Source: an uncultured virus (IMG/VR IMGVR_UViG_3300035701_006463)
Lineage: Duplodnaviria; Heunggongvirae; Uroviricota; Caudoviricetes
Virus record (IMG/VR): IMGVR_UViG_3300035701_006463
Reading direction: 5' to 3' (one strand)
DNA: 63,132 nucleotides
Position 1 is the stretch's first letter, and every line of letters begins with the position of its first letter. The notes under the pieces were generated by a model. It did not search any database and had not been told where the DNA came from. It saw only the letters and a list, made by a program, of their open reading frames with translations. Position numbers and translations under genes: made by a program. Positions 29,208 through 38,724 of this stretch are shown here, piece by piece.

Positions 29208-29402
29208 ATGAGTTACACTTACGGTGTTGTTCACGGTATAGCTGAATGTGAAGACTGTGATTGGAAGACTCAAAGCTACAAGAACGCTCAAGCCATAGCC
29301 GCAAAACACGCTAAGAAATACGGTCACAAGGTTCGGGGAGAACTAGGTATAGCTTTTAGTTATGATTTTCGGTCACCACGTGGGACTGTGAGCGAGGCTT
29401 GA
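29208..29402 (+). CDS. small C2H2-like Zn-finger protein
   Basis: CEDC...HAKKYGH. Confidence 0.6.
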   Translation: MSYTYGVVHGIAECEDCDWKTQSYKNAQAIAAKHAKKYGHKVRGELGIAFSYDFRSPRGTVSEA

Positions 29403-29427
29403 TTCCATTCAATGCTAAGGAACGTAG

Positions 29428-30342
29428 TTGACAATGACTGGTACATGTCCTGAATGTCATAAGGTGAACGTGGTTATGGACACGTACACGGGTGAGGAGG
29501 TCTGTAAAGACTGTGGGTACGTAGTATCTAGGACTATGATGAGTCATGAGCAGGAGTGGGACAGTTTCACTGCGGAGGAGTATGCTGCGAGGACCCGTGC
29601 TTCACCGATGCCAGGATTTTCACGTGAGCCGGGTATGGGAACGAGGATAGGACTGGAGTACGAGAACCGGGACTACTCAGGGGCACGGTTGTCTGAGAAG
29701 AAGCTCTTCAACTTCCAACGTCTCAGGAGGCAGTCGTCCCGGTTCGATCAGCGGGGTGAGTACCTTCGGACCGAAAGGTACGCTACAGACGTTATACTGA
29801 TGTTAGCGGGTAAGCTGACCCTGCCGAGGTTTGTTGTTGAAGAGGCTGTTTTATTGTTTCGTAGGGCTAAGAAGGGCGAGGTCACCAAGGGCAGGACCAT
29901 GTACGAGGTCATTGGAGCGTGCCTATATATAGCATGTAAGATGACCAAGTTTCCACGCACGTTAAAGGATATTTCGGGGGCAACACAGGTTCACAAAAAG
30001 GGTCTGTTCGACACATACGGAACCATATGTCGTCGTTTGTCGATAGGTATGCATCGTATGGAGTCAGAGATCTACTTGCCAAGGGCGTTTTCATTGCTGA
30101 AATTAACCGGTGAGACAGAGATTGTATCCATGAAAATTTTGAATGTCTTAAGCAGTAATAGAATGATGATAGGAAAATCACCCATTAGTGTGGCTTCTGC
30201 TGTGGTGTGGATAGCTACTAGGGTGACGGACGACTCTAGGACACAGGGAGAGGTAGCTAAGGCGTTTAACACCACCGAGGTTACGATTCGAAATAGGTAT
30301 AAGGATACTCTCAAAAAGGTGGCTATTGAGGTCAAGGTGTGA
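29428..30342 (+). CDS. tfb: transcription initiation factor IIB (TFB) homologue
   Basis: Zn ribbon CPEC...GEEVCKDCG, EW B-reader region, two cyclin repeats (KGRT..ACLYIACK..PRTL; GKSP..VA) and HTH TQGEVAKAFNTTEVTIRNRYK. Confidence 0.93.
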   Translation: MTMTGTCPECHKVNVVMDTYTGEEVCKDCGYVVSRTMMSHEQEWDSFTAEEYAARTRASPMPGFSREPGMGTRIGLEYENRDYSGARLSEKKLFNFQRLRRQSSRFDQRGEYLRTERYATDVILMLAGKLTLPRFVVEEAVLLFRRAKKGEVTKGRTMYEVIGACLYIACKMTKFPRTLKDISGATQVHKKGLFDTYGTICRRLSIGMHRMESEIYLPRAFSLLKLTGETEIVSMKILNVLSSNRMMIGKSPISVASAVVWIATRVTDDSRTQGEVAKAFNTTEVTIRNRYKDTLKKVAIEVKV

Positions 30343-30348
30343 TTGTTG

Positions 30349-30373
30349 ACCAAAAAATTTATAAATGATAAAA
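30349..30373 (+). promoter_or_regulatory. repeated promoter motif, copy 8
   Basis: ACCAAAAAATTTATAAATGATAAAA directly after tfb. Confidence 0.8.
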
Positions 30374-30390
30374 TATATCTTTATTTGAGG

Positions 30391-30660
30391 TTGATCAGAA
30401 CGAGTACATTTGATGAACATAAGAGGTTGAACGAACTGATAAACCACTACGACACCCTGGTATCCGAGGTGTTGTTAGAGAACGAGAAATCAAAATGTAA
30501 AATGCATCCAGTAACGGAGGGTTTCTTGACTCTCCTCAAGGAGAGGAGAGCACGGGCCGTCGGTAGGCAACTTGACCTTTCGCTGGGACGGGTTGATGTA
30601 GAGAAAAGGGAGGTTTCATTATTATCGAAGATTATAGGGAGGCTAATTCCCGAGAAGTGA
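30391..30660 (+). CDS. hypothetical protein (start TTG 30391 or ACG 30400)
   Basis: Downstream of motif copy 8. Confidence 0.5.
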   Translation: MIRTSTFDEHKRLNELINHYDTLVSEVLLENEKSKCKMHPVTEGFLTLLKERRARAVGRQLDLSLGRVDVEKREVSLLSKIIGRLIPEK

Positions 30661-30965
30661 GGTGTTGATGTATGAAAAACATTTACTACTATATTTTTGG
30701 TGGATTATGTGGGTTGATTGCGGTCTATGTTCCATCAACGCTTGCATATCTAATTGGGGTGGGGCAGGTTCTATTAATAATTTATTTTAAATGGAAGGAG
30801 GAGATAAAACCATGAGTAATCCAAAAATCGTTAATTTTGAAAATCAACTTAGTGATTTAATAACAGAGATTTTTACGGAGGATGACTTAGAAGATTTGAA
30901 AAATTATTTTGGAGATACTACAATAATGTCAGAAATAGAAGAGGCATTGAGGAGTTAATGAAAGT

Positions 30966-31250
30966 ATGATGCCCGATTGCTATAGGTGTAAGTGGCGGAG
31001 AGATCTGGTCGGTTCAGCACACAGTCGGTGTGTGCATCCGAGTATCGTTCAGGTCTCAGAAGAGCCACTTGGAAATATGTTTGCCATGCTCGCTAGCGTA
31101 GGGAGAGTACCACCGATGGTGGTCAATCCTCGAATACTTAACATTAAGGCTGATAAGACTGGAATCAGCCGCGGCTGGTTTAACTTTCCATGGGACTATG
31201 ATCCAGTCTGGTTGAGGAACTGTGATGGGTTCGAGGCAAAAACAGGATGA
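30966..31250 (+). CDS. conserved phage-type Cys/His protein
   Basis: CYRC...GSAHSRC.HP...GWFNFPWDYDPVWL..C.GF. Confidence 0.6.
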   Translation: MMPDCYRCKWRRDLVGSAHSRCVHPSIVQVSEEPLGNMFAMLASVGRVPPMVVNPRILNIKADKTGISRGWFNFPWDYDPVWLRNCDGFEAKTG

Positions 31251-31630
31251 CAGACGTAGTTGTTTTCGTATTAAAGAGATGGTGTCTACCAAACGTGCCT
31301 CGAAATGAGCAGTTCGATTGTTACAATGCTATCAAAATAGGTAAGAAGACAAGTGAGTGGCGAGACGCCTCAGACTTCTGGAAGAAACGCCTCTTAAACT
31401 CTCATGGGCTTCAGACTCTACAGTGGGCCTTTGAGATTAAAGATTGGTCTAAACCATTTTTCCTTCTGGACTTCCCTGACTATCAGTGGAAGTCTAACTT
31501 AGCTATATTTGTTGTTGGCCGTACTAAGTATTCACGACTTGTTGCAAGCATCAAAGCTATAATGTACCATTCAGAAACAAATCAGTTTGAGATCCAAATT
31601 AAGGGTGTATTGGAGGAGTTAAGGGAATGA
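31247..31630 (+). CDS. ASCH/PUA-like domain protein
   Basis: YNAIKIGKKTSEWR matches the ASCH GxKxxExR motif. Confidence 0.6.
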   Translation: MTDVVVFVLKRWCLPNVPRNEQFDCYNAIKIGKKTSEWRDASDFWKKRLLNSHGLQTLQWAFEIKDWSKPFFLLDFPDYQWKSNLAIFVVGRTKYSRLVASIKAIMYHSETNQFEIQIKGVLEELRE

Positions 31631-32016
31631 GTATAGAAGATCTTCCTAAGCACATTCACGGTGGTGTTCGTCTTACTAAGGCTGAGAGAAAGCGTCTTGA
31701 AGAGTGGGTCATCAGAGAAGGTTGGACTAGGGAGAAGACTATTAAGAAACAATTCCGTTATGACAACTCTATGCCTACTAATCTAGCAGCACCTGGAGTC
31801 CCTTCCGATCATTGGAGCAGAGATGGTAAGTGTATCTGTGTCATGTGTGGTTATGTGACAACTTCCACCAACATCTGTCGTCACTGTGTGGAGCTCCCAG
31901 CAGACGAAGTAGCTACAAGACCAGTGTACTGTTATGTACATAAGACTCCACATAGAGATTCAAACAATGAAAAATGGACGATGCACAGAAGTATAGTGAT
32001 GGTGGCTGTCAGTTGA
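31627..32016 (+). CDS. hypothetical Zn-finger protein
   Basis: CVMC, CRHC, CYVH. Confidence 0.5.
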   Translation: MSIEDLPKHIHGGVRLTKAERKRLEEWVIREGWTREKTIKKQFRYDNSMPTNLAAPGVPSDHWSRDGKCICVMCGYVTTSTNICRHCVELPADEVATRPVYCYVHKTPHRDSNNEKWTMHRSIVMVAVS

Positions 32017-32390
32017 GCACTAAACATCCACACAGTCCTTGGAAGTGGGTCGTCGAGATTCAAAATCAACTCCACCCTGGTTGGAAAAAGAATATGCCCA
32101 GAACAATGCTCACAACTGGTCTAGCATCCGAAGTGGGTGGGGTTTGTGATCAAGTCGCGCACCTCGATGGTGGTGGGAGCCGCCTACCTGACCTGGAGAA
32201 GTGGAACGAAGGCAAGGTTCTCCATGAACTCGTCGATACGTGGGTCATGATTGTCCTCGTGGCAACGAAGAGTGGGTTCACTGAAGAGGACTTTCTCAAG
32301 GAGTGGGAGAACGTGAAGATGGAGCTTATTGATCGGGTTAGGATTAAGTTGGAAGAGTTGGTTGGGGGTGGTGAGGTAGGCGATGAATGA
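32013..32390 (+). CDS. MazG-like nucleotide pyrophosphohydrolase
   Basis: LASEVGGVCD...HELVD helical motifs (second Glu of ExxE replaced by Gly). Confidence 0.6.
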   Translation: MSTKHPHSPWKWVVEIQNQLHPGWKKNMPRTMLTTGLASEVGGVCDQVAHLDGGGSRLPDLEKWNEGKVLHELVDTWVMIVLVATKSGFTEEDFLKEWENVKMELIDRVRIKLEELVGGGEVGDE

Positions 32391-32567
32391 GAAGCCTTGG
32401 ATGGGTCTAGAAATGTATTGTGAGGAGACGGGTAAGATGGAACCTCAGTTTAAGGTGAGAGGGTCGGAGGACGGAATCTATCTCCGATGTGGAGGGTGTG
32501 GGAAGGTTCACGGTCACGAGATAGGTGAGTTCTCCTATTTGTTTAGCATAAGGAATGGGGTGGGAAA

Positions 32568-32942
32568 ATGAAATCTAGTACATTAATATTTGTTGTCTCC
32601 GTAATGGCAGTATCTACATGTCTTGCATGGATGGTGTATGATGCAACTTATAATAGGCCGCATGATTTCAGTGACTACTGGGTGACTTATCTCGAGTATG
32701 GTAGCACACAGTCTTATGGCGATTGGACTATAATTGGACTGGCTCGTGGTTCTGGCATCCTTTACGAGCTTGGTACGTTATCTATGCCTGATGGAATACG
32801 TGTTGTTGGTCATTATGAGCTTGAGATTGGGGCACATTACATCATTATTTTAGGACCGTCGGTTTTTGGGTTGGAAATTGTTGCGGGGAGTGAACCCAAC
32901 GCATACAAGGTTATTAGTATAACTAGGGTGAACTGGAGGTAG
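32568..32942 (+). CDS. membrane-anchored or secreted protein
   Basis: N-terminal hydrophobic helix. Confidence 0.5.
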   Translation: MKSSTLIFVVSVMAVSTCLAWMVYDATYNRPHDFSDYWVTYLEYGSTQSYGDWTIIGLARGSGILYELGTLSMPDGIRVVGHYELEIGAHYIIILGPSVFGLEIVAGSEPNAYKVISITRVNWR

Positions 32943-33311
32943 TGGAAGTGGGTGAGGAACAGAGGGCTAGGAGTACCATAGTTTTGGTGTTAATGTCTCT
33001 CGCTGTTGTGGTATTCGCCACCTATGTCCTTTGGATGTATGTACTGGATTGACAGGTGCGGGGGAGGAAACCATAAAAGCTGAATTGATGTTTGAGTCTC
33101 GGTTACTACTAACCAGCCTAGAAGTGCTGTCTAGGGCTTTCTGTTTGGATATTCAGCAAGTATATATTGGCATTCATATAATAACGGGAAACGAGCCAAA
33201 AACCGGTAGTAACAGCCCCCACGAGAGCTGTGGTTGGGTATCTGGCTTCAGCAAGTATGGTTTAGACATAAACAACATGTCGAGAGGTATACTGATATAA
33301 TGTGATCTTCT

Positions 33312-33950
33312 ATGAACCTGAAGACTATAACGCTTTTTGCTATCGCCTTGACCCTCTACTTGGTTGGAGCTTCAGCATTGAAACTTCTATCCTCACTTCT
33401 TCCAATTCCAATCCCAATCGAATGTCTCCTCATTGGACTGTTCATGGGTATGTTTCCGCGTAGGACCGCTATAATTTTTTATATAGTAACATGTGGTATA
33501 ATTGTGATCGAGACCCTTATAAGTATACCAAACCTGACGACGGTTATGCAAACAACAATGAATCTTGGGTTAGCTTTGGAATCAAGTCCGGTCACAATAC
33601 TACCATCATCAACTGTGGCTAATTATTCAGGAGCACTAGGAGCTGTTGTGGTTATTTTATCCATTATCGTACTGGTTAAGTACAGGATGAGGGTAGTAAA
33701 GATCTTCTTCGAGGTCATGTTGGTTTTGGTAGCTACAACTATTTATACTACTGTGCCTATGTTCGTTTTTATTAGTGTTGTTATTAGGTTGAGTGGTCTG
33801 TCATCCAATGAATTAGTAAGTGGTTTTCCCATGTTGTTGACGTATATTTTCGTACTTATGGACATCTACATCACTATTACTGGTCCCCTCATTGCCCGTT
33901 GGCTATTCAACCGTATTGGTATATATCGTAGGATACCTCAGATTGGGTAG
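33312..33950 (+). CDS. multi-pass membrane protein
   Basis: About six hydrophobic segments. Confidence 0.6.
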   Translation: MNLKTITLFAIALTLYLVGASALKLLSSLLPIPIPIECLLIGLFMGMFPRRTAIIFYIVTCGIIVIETLISIPNLTTVMQTTMNLGLALESSPVTILPSSTVANYSGALGAVVVILSIIVLVKYRMRVVKIFFEVMLVLVATTIYTTVPMFVFISVVIRLSGLSSNELVSGFPMLLTYIFVLMDIYITITGPLIARWLFNRIGIYRRIPQIG

Positions 33951-33975
33951 TGGACTACTTGGAGGTGTGGGTTTG

Positions 33976-34431
33976 ATGTCGGAGGAAGTGATATCGGCAA
34001 AGAGTGGAAAAGAACTATTAGAAAGGCTGAAGAGGATGAGAGAGACTGGTGACCCGTGGTACGATGCTCTCGTGGCAAAAATGGAGGTAAATAACAAGCC
34101 CACAAAAAGAAGCGGCCCCAGGAAGCGTAGGAGGATAGAGCAAGTCCATTTAAGTTTCGCAGATGAACTATACGAGCCTGGAGAGCCAACGTATACACAT
34201 GGTGAGAGTCGAACGGAGAACTTGGATTATTATCTCGAAACTGTGGACTGCCCGACATGCGGAAAAAGGGGAGGTTTGCGAGCACACTTCGGAAAATACG
34301 TGGACCAGACTTTCTGGTATGGTCCGTATTTTGGGATAATGCATCCAAACGAGGGCATCAAGTTCTGTTATTTTGGCAAATCCTACCCGGATGTGATATG
34401 CACGAGGGTTCCCGATCCGAATGTGAAGTAG
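33976..34431 (+). CDS. hypothetical Zn-binding protein
   Basis: GGAGGTG RBS; CPTCG...H...CY.G. Confidence 0.55.
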   Translation: MSEEVISAKSGKELLERLKRMRETGDPWYDALVAKMEVNNKPTKRSGPRKRRRIEQVHLSFADELYEPGEPTYTHGESRTENLDYYLETVDCPTCGKRGGLRAHFGKYVDQTFWYGPYFGIMHPNEGIKFCYFGKSYPDVICTRVPDPNVK

Positions 34432-34437
34432 TTGTGT

Positions 34438-34461
34438 ACCATAAATTTATAAATGATAAAA
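34438..34461 (+). promoter_or_regulatory. repeated promoter motif, copy 9 (one base shorter)
   Basis: ACCATAAATTTATAAATGATAAAA. Confidence 0.75.
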
Positions 34462-34488
34462 GTCGTTATATTATTGAGTGGTGGTCGA

Positions 34489-35223
34489 ATGGCGGTAACA
34501 GAAGGACAAAAAGAGAAAAGTCAACATGATGTTTTAAAGGAGGAAGCTAAGTACCTCTTACTTAGTATGGGATTTAAACCATCGGAAATTTTTGAAGAAT
34601 ACGAAGTTATGGTAAATTCGAGTAAAAAGTTTAAGGTTGATGTTGTTGGTATAGGTACCAAAAAGGTAGCTATTGAGTGCGGGCATACTGATGCCCTGAA
34701 GATCTCGATTCTTAATTTCTTTTTTGATGAAATAATTCTTCTTCCATTCAGTACAAAAATAATGTCTCCGGAATTACAAGAAGAACTATTAAATAAAGAG
34801 GCTAAAATTAGAGAATTGAATGAGAGAATTTCGGAACTGGAAAACCAAGTAAGAGGTCTCTCAAGAGAATCTAGCAGTCATAAGGACCTTGAAAGTAAGG
34901 TAAGAGAAGCTAAACTCTTTGCACTTTATTTATGGAAGGGTTTAGCGACATTGAATGAGGTAACTCCACCTTTTTGGTGGTCTGTAGGGGATGACAATAA
35001 TTATTATGATAATTTAAAATGGGCAGCATTCAAAGAATTTGTCAAGGAGATTTCTCCAATAAAGGGTGATACGGCTAGTCTTGAGAAAGGTATTGGGCGA
35101 GTGTCCGAAAAAATTAAGAAAGAATTCTTTGAGAAAATTATCAATGATGCTAAGGAAAATTTACCAGATCCTAATATGCGGAGTCCAGCGACAGTTCCAA
35201 TCACTGAACATGAGGAGGGATAA
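34489..35223 (+). CDS. PD-(D/E)XK-like domain plus coiled coil
   Basis: H..LK...EY...KVDVVG...VAIECG followed by heptad-rich helix. Confidence 0.6.
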   Translation: MAVTEGQKEKSQHDVLKEEAKYLLLSMGFKPSEIFEEYEVMVNSSKKFKVDVVGIGTKKVAIECGHTDALKISILNFFFDEIILLPFSTKIMSPELQEELLNKEAKIRELNERISELENQVRGLSRESSSHKDLESKVREAKLFALYLWKGLATLNEVTPPFWWSVGDDNNYYDNLKWAAFKEFVKEISPIKGDTASLEKGIGRVSEKIKKEFFEKIINDAKENLPDPNMRSPATVPITEHEEG

Positions 35224-35306
35224 ATTAATTTTGAAGACATCTATACTTGATCGTACTGACCATTCAGTCATTATAATTTCTGGTGGATAGTTAGGCCAAA
35301 CCATTT

Positions 35307-36017
35307 TTATCGCCACACCATAGCACGATCATCAATGAGATCCATTGGTACCATACCACCATACAATTCGGGCATTTGTGAGGACGACCAACCAAACCAC
35401 TTCTTCAGCCGGAATATATCATAATGTAGATCACGTATTAACTGGCATGCTCTTTCACTTCTTATCCTGTGGGGCCACCACGGTCCTTTGAAATTGTACC
35501 AATCAGGACGAGTGCCACCAGGGAGAGTATTCTGTATCATGGCAATTCTGTAGTATATTTGTCCATATGTATAAGGGAAGAGTACATCGTTGTCGTTGGG
35601 GGTCTTTTTTACGTAATCAATCAATTCAGTGGATAAGGGTTCGTCCTTTCTTATTGGAAAAGTCCTATACCCTTCTTTAGACTCAAATGTATATGTCCTC
35701 TTACCGTTCTTCAGGATAGGGTTGCCATTATCGTCTATCAGTGGGATAGCATCTTTCTGCTTTTCCACGTACATGCCCTGTACCATGATTTGTGTATCGG
35801 AGAAATTTAAGTTAAAATGTCGCTTCTTCAATGTGGGGAGTTCCATTGCCCTACAACCAGTTTTCAATAATCCCATAAAGATATTTTTAGTATCCACATC
35901 GTCAATATCTTTGATAATTTTTTGTACCTTTGACCATCCACAAAAACCGCCATAGTCTATTTTAAATGTAGTTGTGTTACGTCTTACACTCTTTCTAACC
36001 ATTTTTACTATCACCAT
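35307..36017 (-). CDS. tyrosine recombinase, catalytic domain only
   Basis: TGCRAMEL (R1), K, HRIR (HxxR), FGW, ELYG (catalytic Tyr); alternative start 36002 after GGTGA. Confidence 0.85.
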   Translation of the reverse strand: MVIVKMVRKSVRRNTTTFKIDYGGFCGWSKVQKIIKDIDDVDTKNIFMGLLKTGCRAMELPTLKKRHFNLNFSDTQIMVQGMYVEKQKDAIPLIDDNGNPILKNGKRTYTFESKEGYRTFPIRKDEPLSTELIDYVKKTPNDNDVLFPYTYGQIYYRIAMIQNTLPGGTRPDWYNFKGPWWPHRIRSERACQLIRDLHYDIFRLKKWFGWSSSQMPELYGGMVPMDLIDDRAMVWR

Positions 36018-36044
36018 TATAAGACTAGTGGTACCTTATAAAGG

Positions 36045-36075
36045 TATTTAAGAGTATGGGTAATACTCTTAAATA
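36045..36075. repeat. 13-bp perfect inverted repeat, candidate recombinase site or operator
   Basis: TATTTAAGAGTAT-gggta-ATACTCTTAAATA just upstream of the recombinase gene. Confidence 0.7.
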
Positions 36076-36443
36076 TCATGGTTTTGGGGGATTTTGTGTG
36101 AAAACTACCGAGACTATCCTATATAATAAAATATAGAAGAGACCTCAAGAGATATGGTCGGGGCTCGCCCCGTCCCCCGTATCCTCCCACCCGTAACCCA
36201 ATATTCAGGTCAAACTACCGGAATACACCCCTATACACTCACCACGCACATCTCACCCCCTTGTGGGAGAGGAGTACTGTGCCGCTTATCGGAGCGGCAG
36301 TATGTCGGAGGCGGGTCTTTTAATGTACATATAAAAAATTGGGTCAGTTCACACATCAAATTGATATATCCATATCAATCTCACATTTTTATCATACCGC
36401 CGTGCTTTCATATTATTTATAAATAGTCGATATATCCTATTAT

Positions 36444-36770
36444 ATGAGTGGTGGACCTATCATATCAACTGAGAAGGTCACGAGCAAACTGAAGAGAGCC
36501 ATCCTACAACAATTATCCGTCGAGCACGACAACCTTCCTCCGGACCTCCAGCAGAGGGCGGACAATATTTCCACGCGTGCCACGAGGTATTTTCAAAAAG
36601 CGAAGACACGTATCAAGGAAGACTCACCAAAAGGCCGTCGTGCATTCAAGGGCTACCTCATCGGTGGAACCACAAGTATCACCCAATTCATAGATACTGA
36701 ATTAGTTCCACGTAGAAAGCACACTACCACCCCCGACAGACAGAGAAAGAAGAAAGTAGTGGGAATATAG
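36444..36770 (+). CDS. hypothetical basic protein
   Basis: ATG ~21 nt after TTTATAAA (36416-36423), probably leaderless. Confidence 0.6.
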   Translation: MSGGPIISTEKVTSKLKRAILQQLSVEHDNLPPDLQQRADNISTRATRYFQKAKTRIKEDSPKGRRAFKGYLIGGTTSITQFIDTELVPRRKHTTTPDRQRKKKVVGI

Positions 36771-36771
36771 A

Positions 36772-37401
36772 TTGGAACTTGACATCCTCCTAATCATTGG
36801 AGTTTCGGTAGCAGGGATAGGTTTTATTGCATACCTGTTCCTACATGGCAAATCGGAGAGGCTTGTTGAGCTCCTGCGCCCTAGAGATAGTCGTGGGCAG
36901 ATACTCCAAGTTGTACAGGAAACTGATATAGGTCTCTTATGTAAAAAAGTACAAGGTGTGACCCACAGGTTCATCAAGGTCGGCCAAGGCTGGACATACG
37001 ACATTGGCGGGAAAATGGTGACGAAATTCTTTGGTATCGAGGGCAAAGCCTACACAGGGCTCATCAAAGATTCTGGTGCTGAGAATGTTTCTGTGTCTAG
37101 TTATCTTAAGTGGCTGTGGGGAGAAAAATTTTACGCCACTGTTCCAGAACCACAGAGGAGGACAGTGGAAACAGACGTGGTGGGAATCACTGTAGCTATC
37201 GAACCTGTTGATACAGAAGGAACGAGTCTCCCGTTAATCTCTGCTGACGACATCCACGACCAAGAGGATAACGCTATGTTGACTCGATTTGCTGCCAGTA
37301 CATCTCCAAAGGAAGGTGGCAAGAGTTGGATAGGATATGTAGTGTCATTTCTGTTGGGGGCGTCTCTCATGTTCTTTTTAGTATCAAGGGGGCTTGTTTG
37401 A
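36772..37401 (+). CDS. membrane protein with N- and C-terminal TM helices
   Basis: Hydrophobic termini. Confidence 0.7.
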   Translation: MELDILLIIGVSVAGIGFIAYLFLHGKSERLVELLRPRDSRGQILQVVQETDIGLLCKKVQGVTHRFIKVGQGWTYDIGGKMVTKFFGIEGKAYTGLIKDSGAENVSVSSYLKWLWGEKFYATVPEPQRRTVETDVVGITVAIEPVDTEGTSLPLISADDIHDQEDNAMLTRFAASTSPKEGGKSWIGYVVSFLLGASLMFFLVSRGLV

Positions 37402-37819
37402 GTTGAGTGAAGACGGAAAGGTAGACATGTCACAGTTCGCCGAGATGGGGACGGACATTGGACCGGGAGTTGTAGCATCCATCCTGGCACCACAACTTGG
37501 CTCCGACCGTAACGATCTCATGCGTGGTAAGACGGACATGCGTCGTCTCACGGTGTTGAAATCCACCGATATTCCGTTTGTCATGTATGCGAAGATCAGG
37601 TCCAAGAAGTCCCGGGTCTGGGAGGTAATATATAGCGAATTACTCAGCCTGAACGTTTCCATTGGGGGTAGGGGAAGGCGCGACATAATTCGCATGGAGG
37701 GAGTGAGCAAGGGAGGCATGGTCAACCTTGAGAGTGAGATCGAGCGGCCTGATTGGATTGGACGTCACATCACCGATAGGGGCTGGAAGGAGAAGGAACT
37801 AGAGAGGCGTGGTGAGTGA
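37394..37819 (+). CDS. hypothetical protein
   Basis: ORF in the ATPase operon; SIGGRGRRDII motif. Confidence 0.65.
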   Translation: MFELSEDGKVDMSQFAEMGTDIGPGVVASILAPQLGSDRNDLMRGKTDMRRLTVLKSTDIPFVMYAKIRSKKSRVWEVIYSELLSLNVSIGGRGRRDIIRMEGVSKGGMVNLESEIERPDWIGRHITDRGWKEKELERRGE

Positions 37820-38724
37820 CAGTAACTGAACTATTAGAAGAAGAGATTAGAAATAGTGAGCTAATGAAGGAACTCCCATCTTGTTACTTTTGTGGTGATC
37901 CGATAGTTAAAATGAATGGCCGTGATGCTGATTCAATTTACATACATCACATATCTTATGTGCCAGAAGTAAAGGTTTCGTCACATCATTCTTGTCATGC
38001 GAGTTATCATAGTACTCATGTGGCTAATATTCCATATAGTTCTATGAAAAAAGAGTTTATTGAGAACCTTGATGAAAAAGTGATTTGTTATTTTTGTGGT
38101 GATGAAGTAATTAAGATGCGGGGGTTAGGTGTGAAGTCTCTCGTTATTCATAGTTTGGATGGAAATCACTATAACTGGGCCCCAGGTAATAAAGTTCCTT
38201 GCCACAGAGGATGTCATGGAAAATATCACTTTGAAGGGGATAAGAATCCCTCTAGGAGACCGGAGGTGAGTAGGAAGATAAGCGCTACTAAAATAAAGAA
38301 TAGTTCCGGTTTAGAATCAAATAAAAAGGGTTGGCCGGTGCGTAGGGAAAAATATGGGCCCTCGGGAGTCAGGGATCCAGAGGCTCGGCGTCAGAAAATA
38401 TCCGATGCATTGAAAGGAGATAATAATCCAATGAAAGATCCGGATGTGGCTAAAAGGTCAGGTGAAAGGACTCGTGGGAAAATAGGGGTAGAGCGATCGA
38501 AGGAATCAGTAAAGACACGTCACGAACGTTATGGTTCCTCTTGGTGCAAAGACCCGGATTGTATGAGGGGAGATAATAACCCCGCCAAACGTCCGGAGGT
38601 TCGAGTAAAAATATCAAGAAATAATCCAATGAACAACCCCGAGTCAGTATTGAAAATATGGGTGACCCGTCGGGCTAGATATGGTCCCTCTGGTAGGAGA
38701 CTGAAACAGAAGGGTGAAGCATGA
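37816..38724 (+). CDS. HNH homing-endonuclease-like protein, tandem HNH-like domains plus NUMOD3-like repeats
   Basis: Two CYFCG...H...H..CH units; GDxNPxxxPxV and RxxYGxS repeats; paralogue of 56348-57115. Confidence 0.75.
   Translation: MTVTELLEEEIRNSELMKELPSCYFCGDPIVKMNGRDADSIYIHHISYVPEVKVSSHHSCHASYHSTHVANIPYSSMKKEFIENLDEKVICYFCGDEVIKMRGLGVKSLVIHSLDGNHYNWAPGNKVPCHRGCHGKYHFEGDKNPSRRPEVSRKISATKIKNSSGLESNKKGWPVRREKYGPSGVRDPEARRQKISDALKGDNNPMKDPDVAKRSGERTRGKIGVERSKESVKTRHERYGSSWCKDPDCMRGDNNPAKRPEVRVKISRNNPMNNPESVLKIWVTRRARYGPSGRRLKQKGEA

Noticed and set aside
15387..34461. CRISPR array from the repeated 25-bp motif
   Set aside because: Copies are 0.5-4 kb apart and separated by genes rather than 30-40 bp spacers; no cas genes seen
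36154..36426. 90-aa ORF or replication origin in the gap after the recombinase
   Set aside because: No RBS or protein motifs; short hairpins (CGGGGCTCGCCCCG, TGCCGCT..AGCGGCA) exist but there are no iterons or ORB boxes to support an origin
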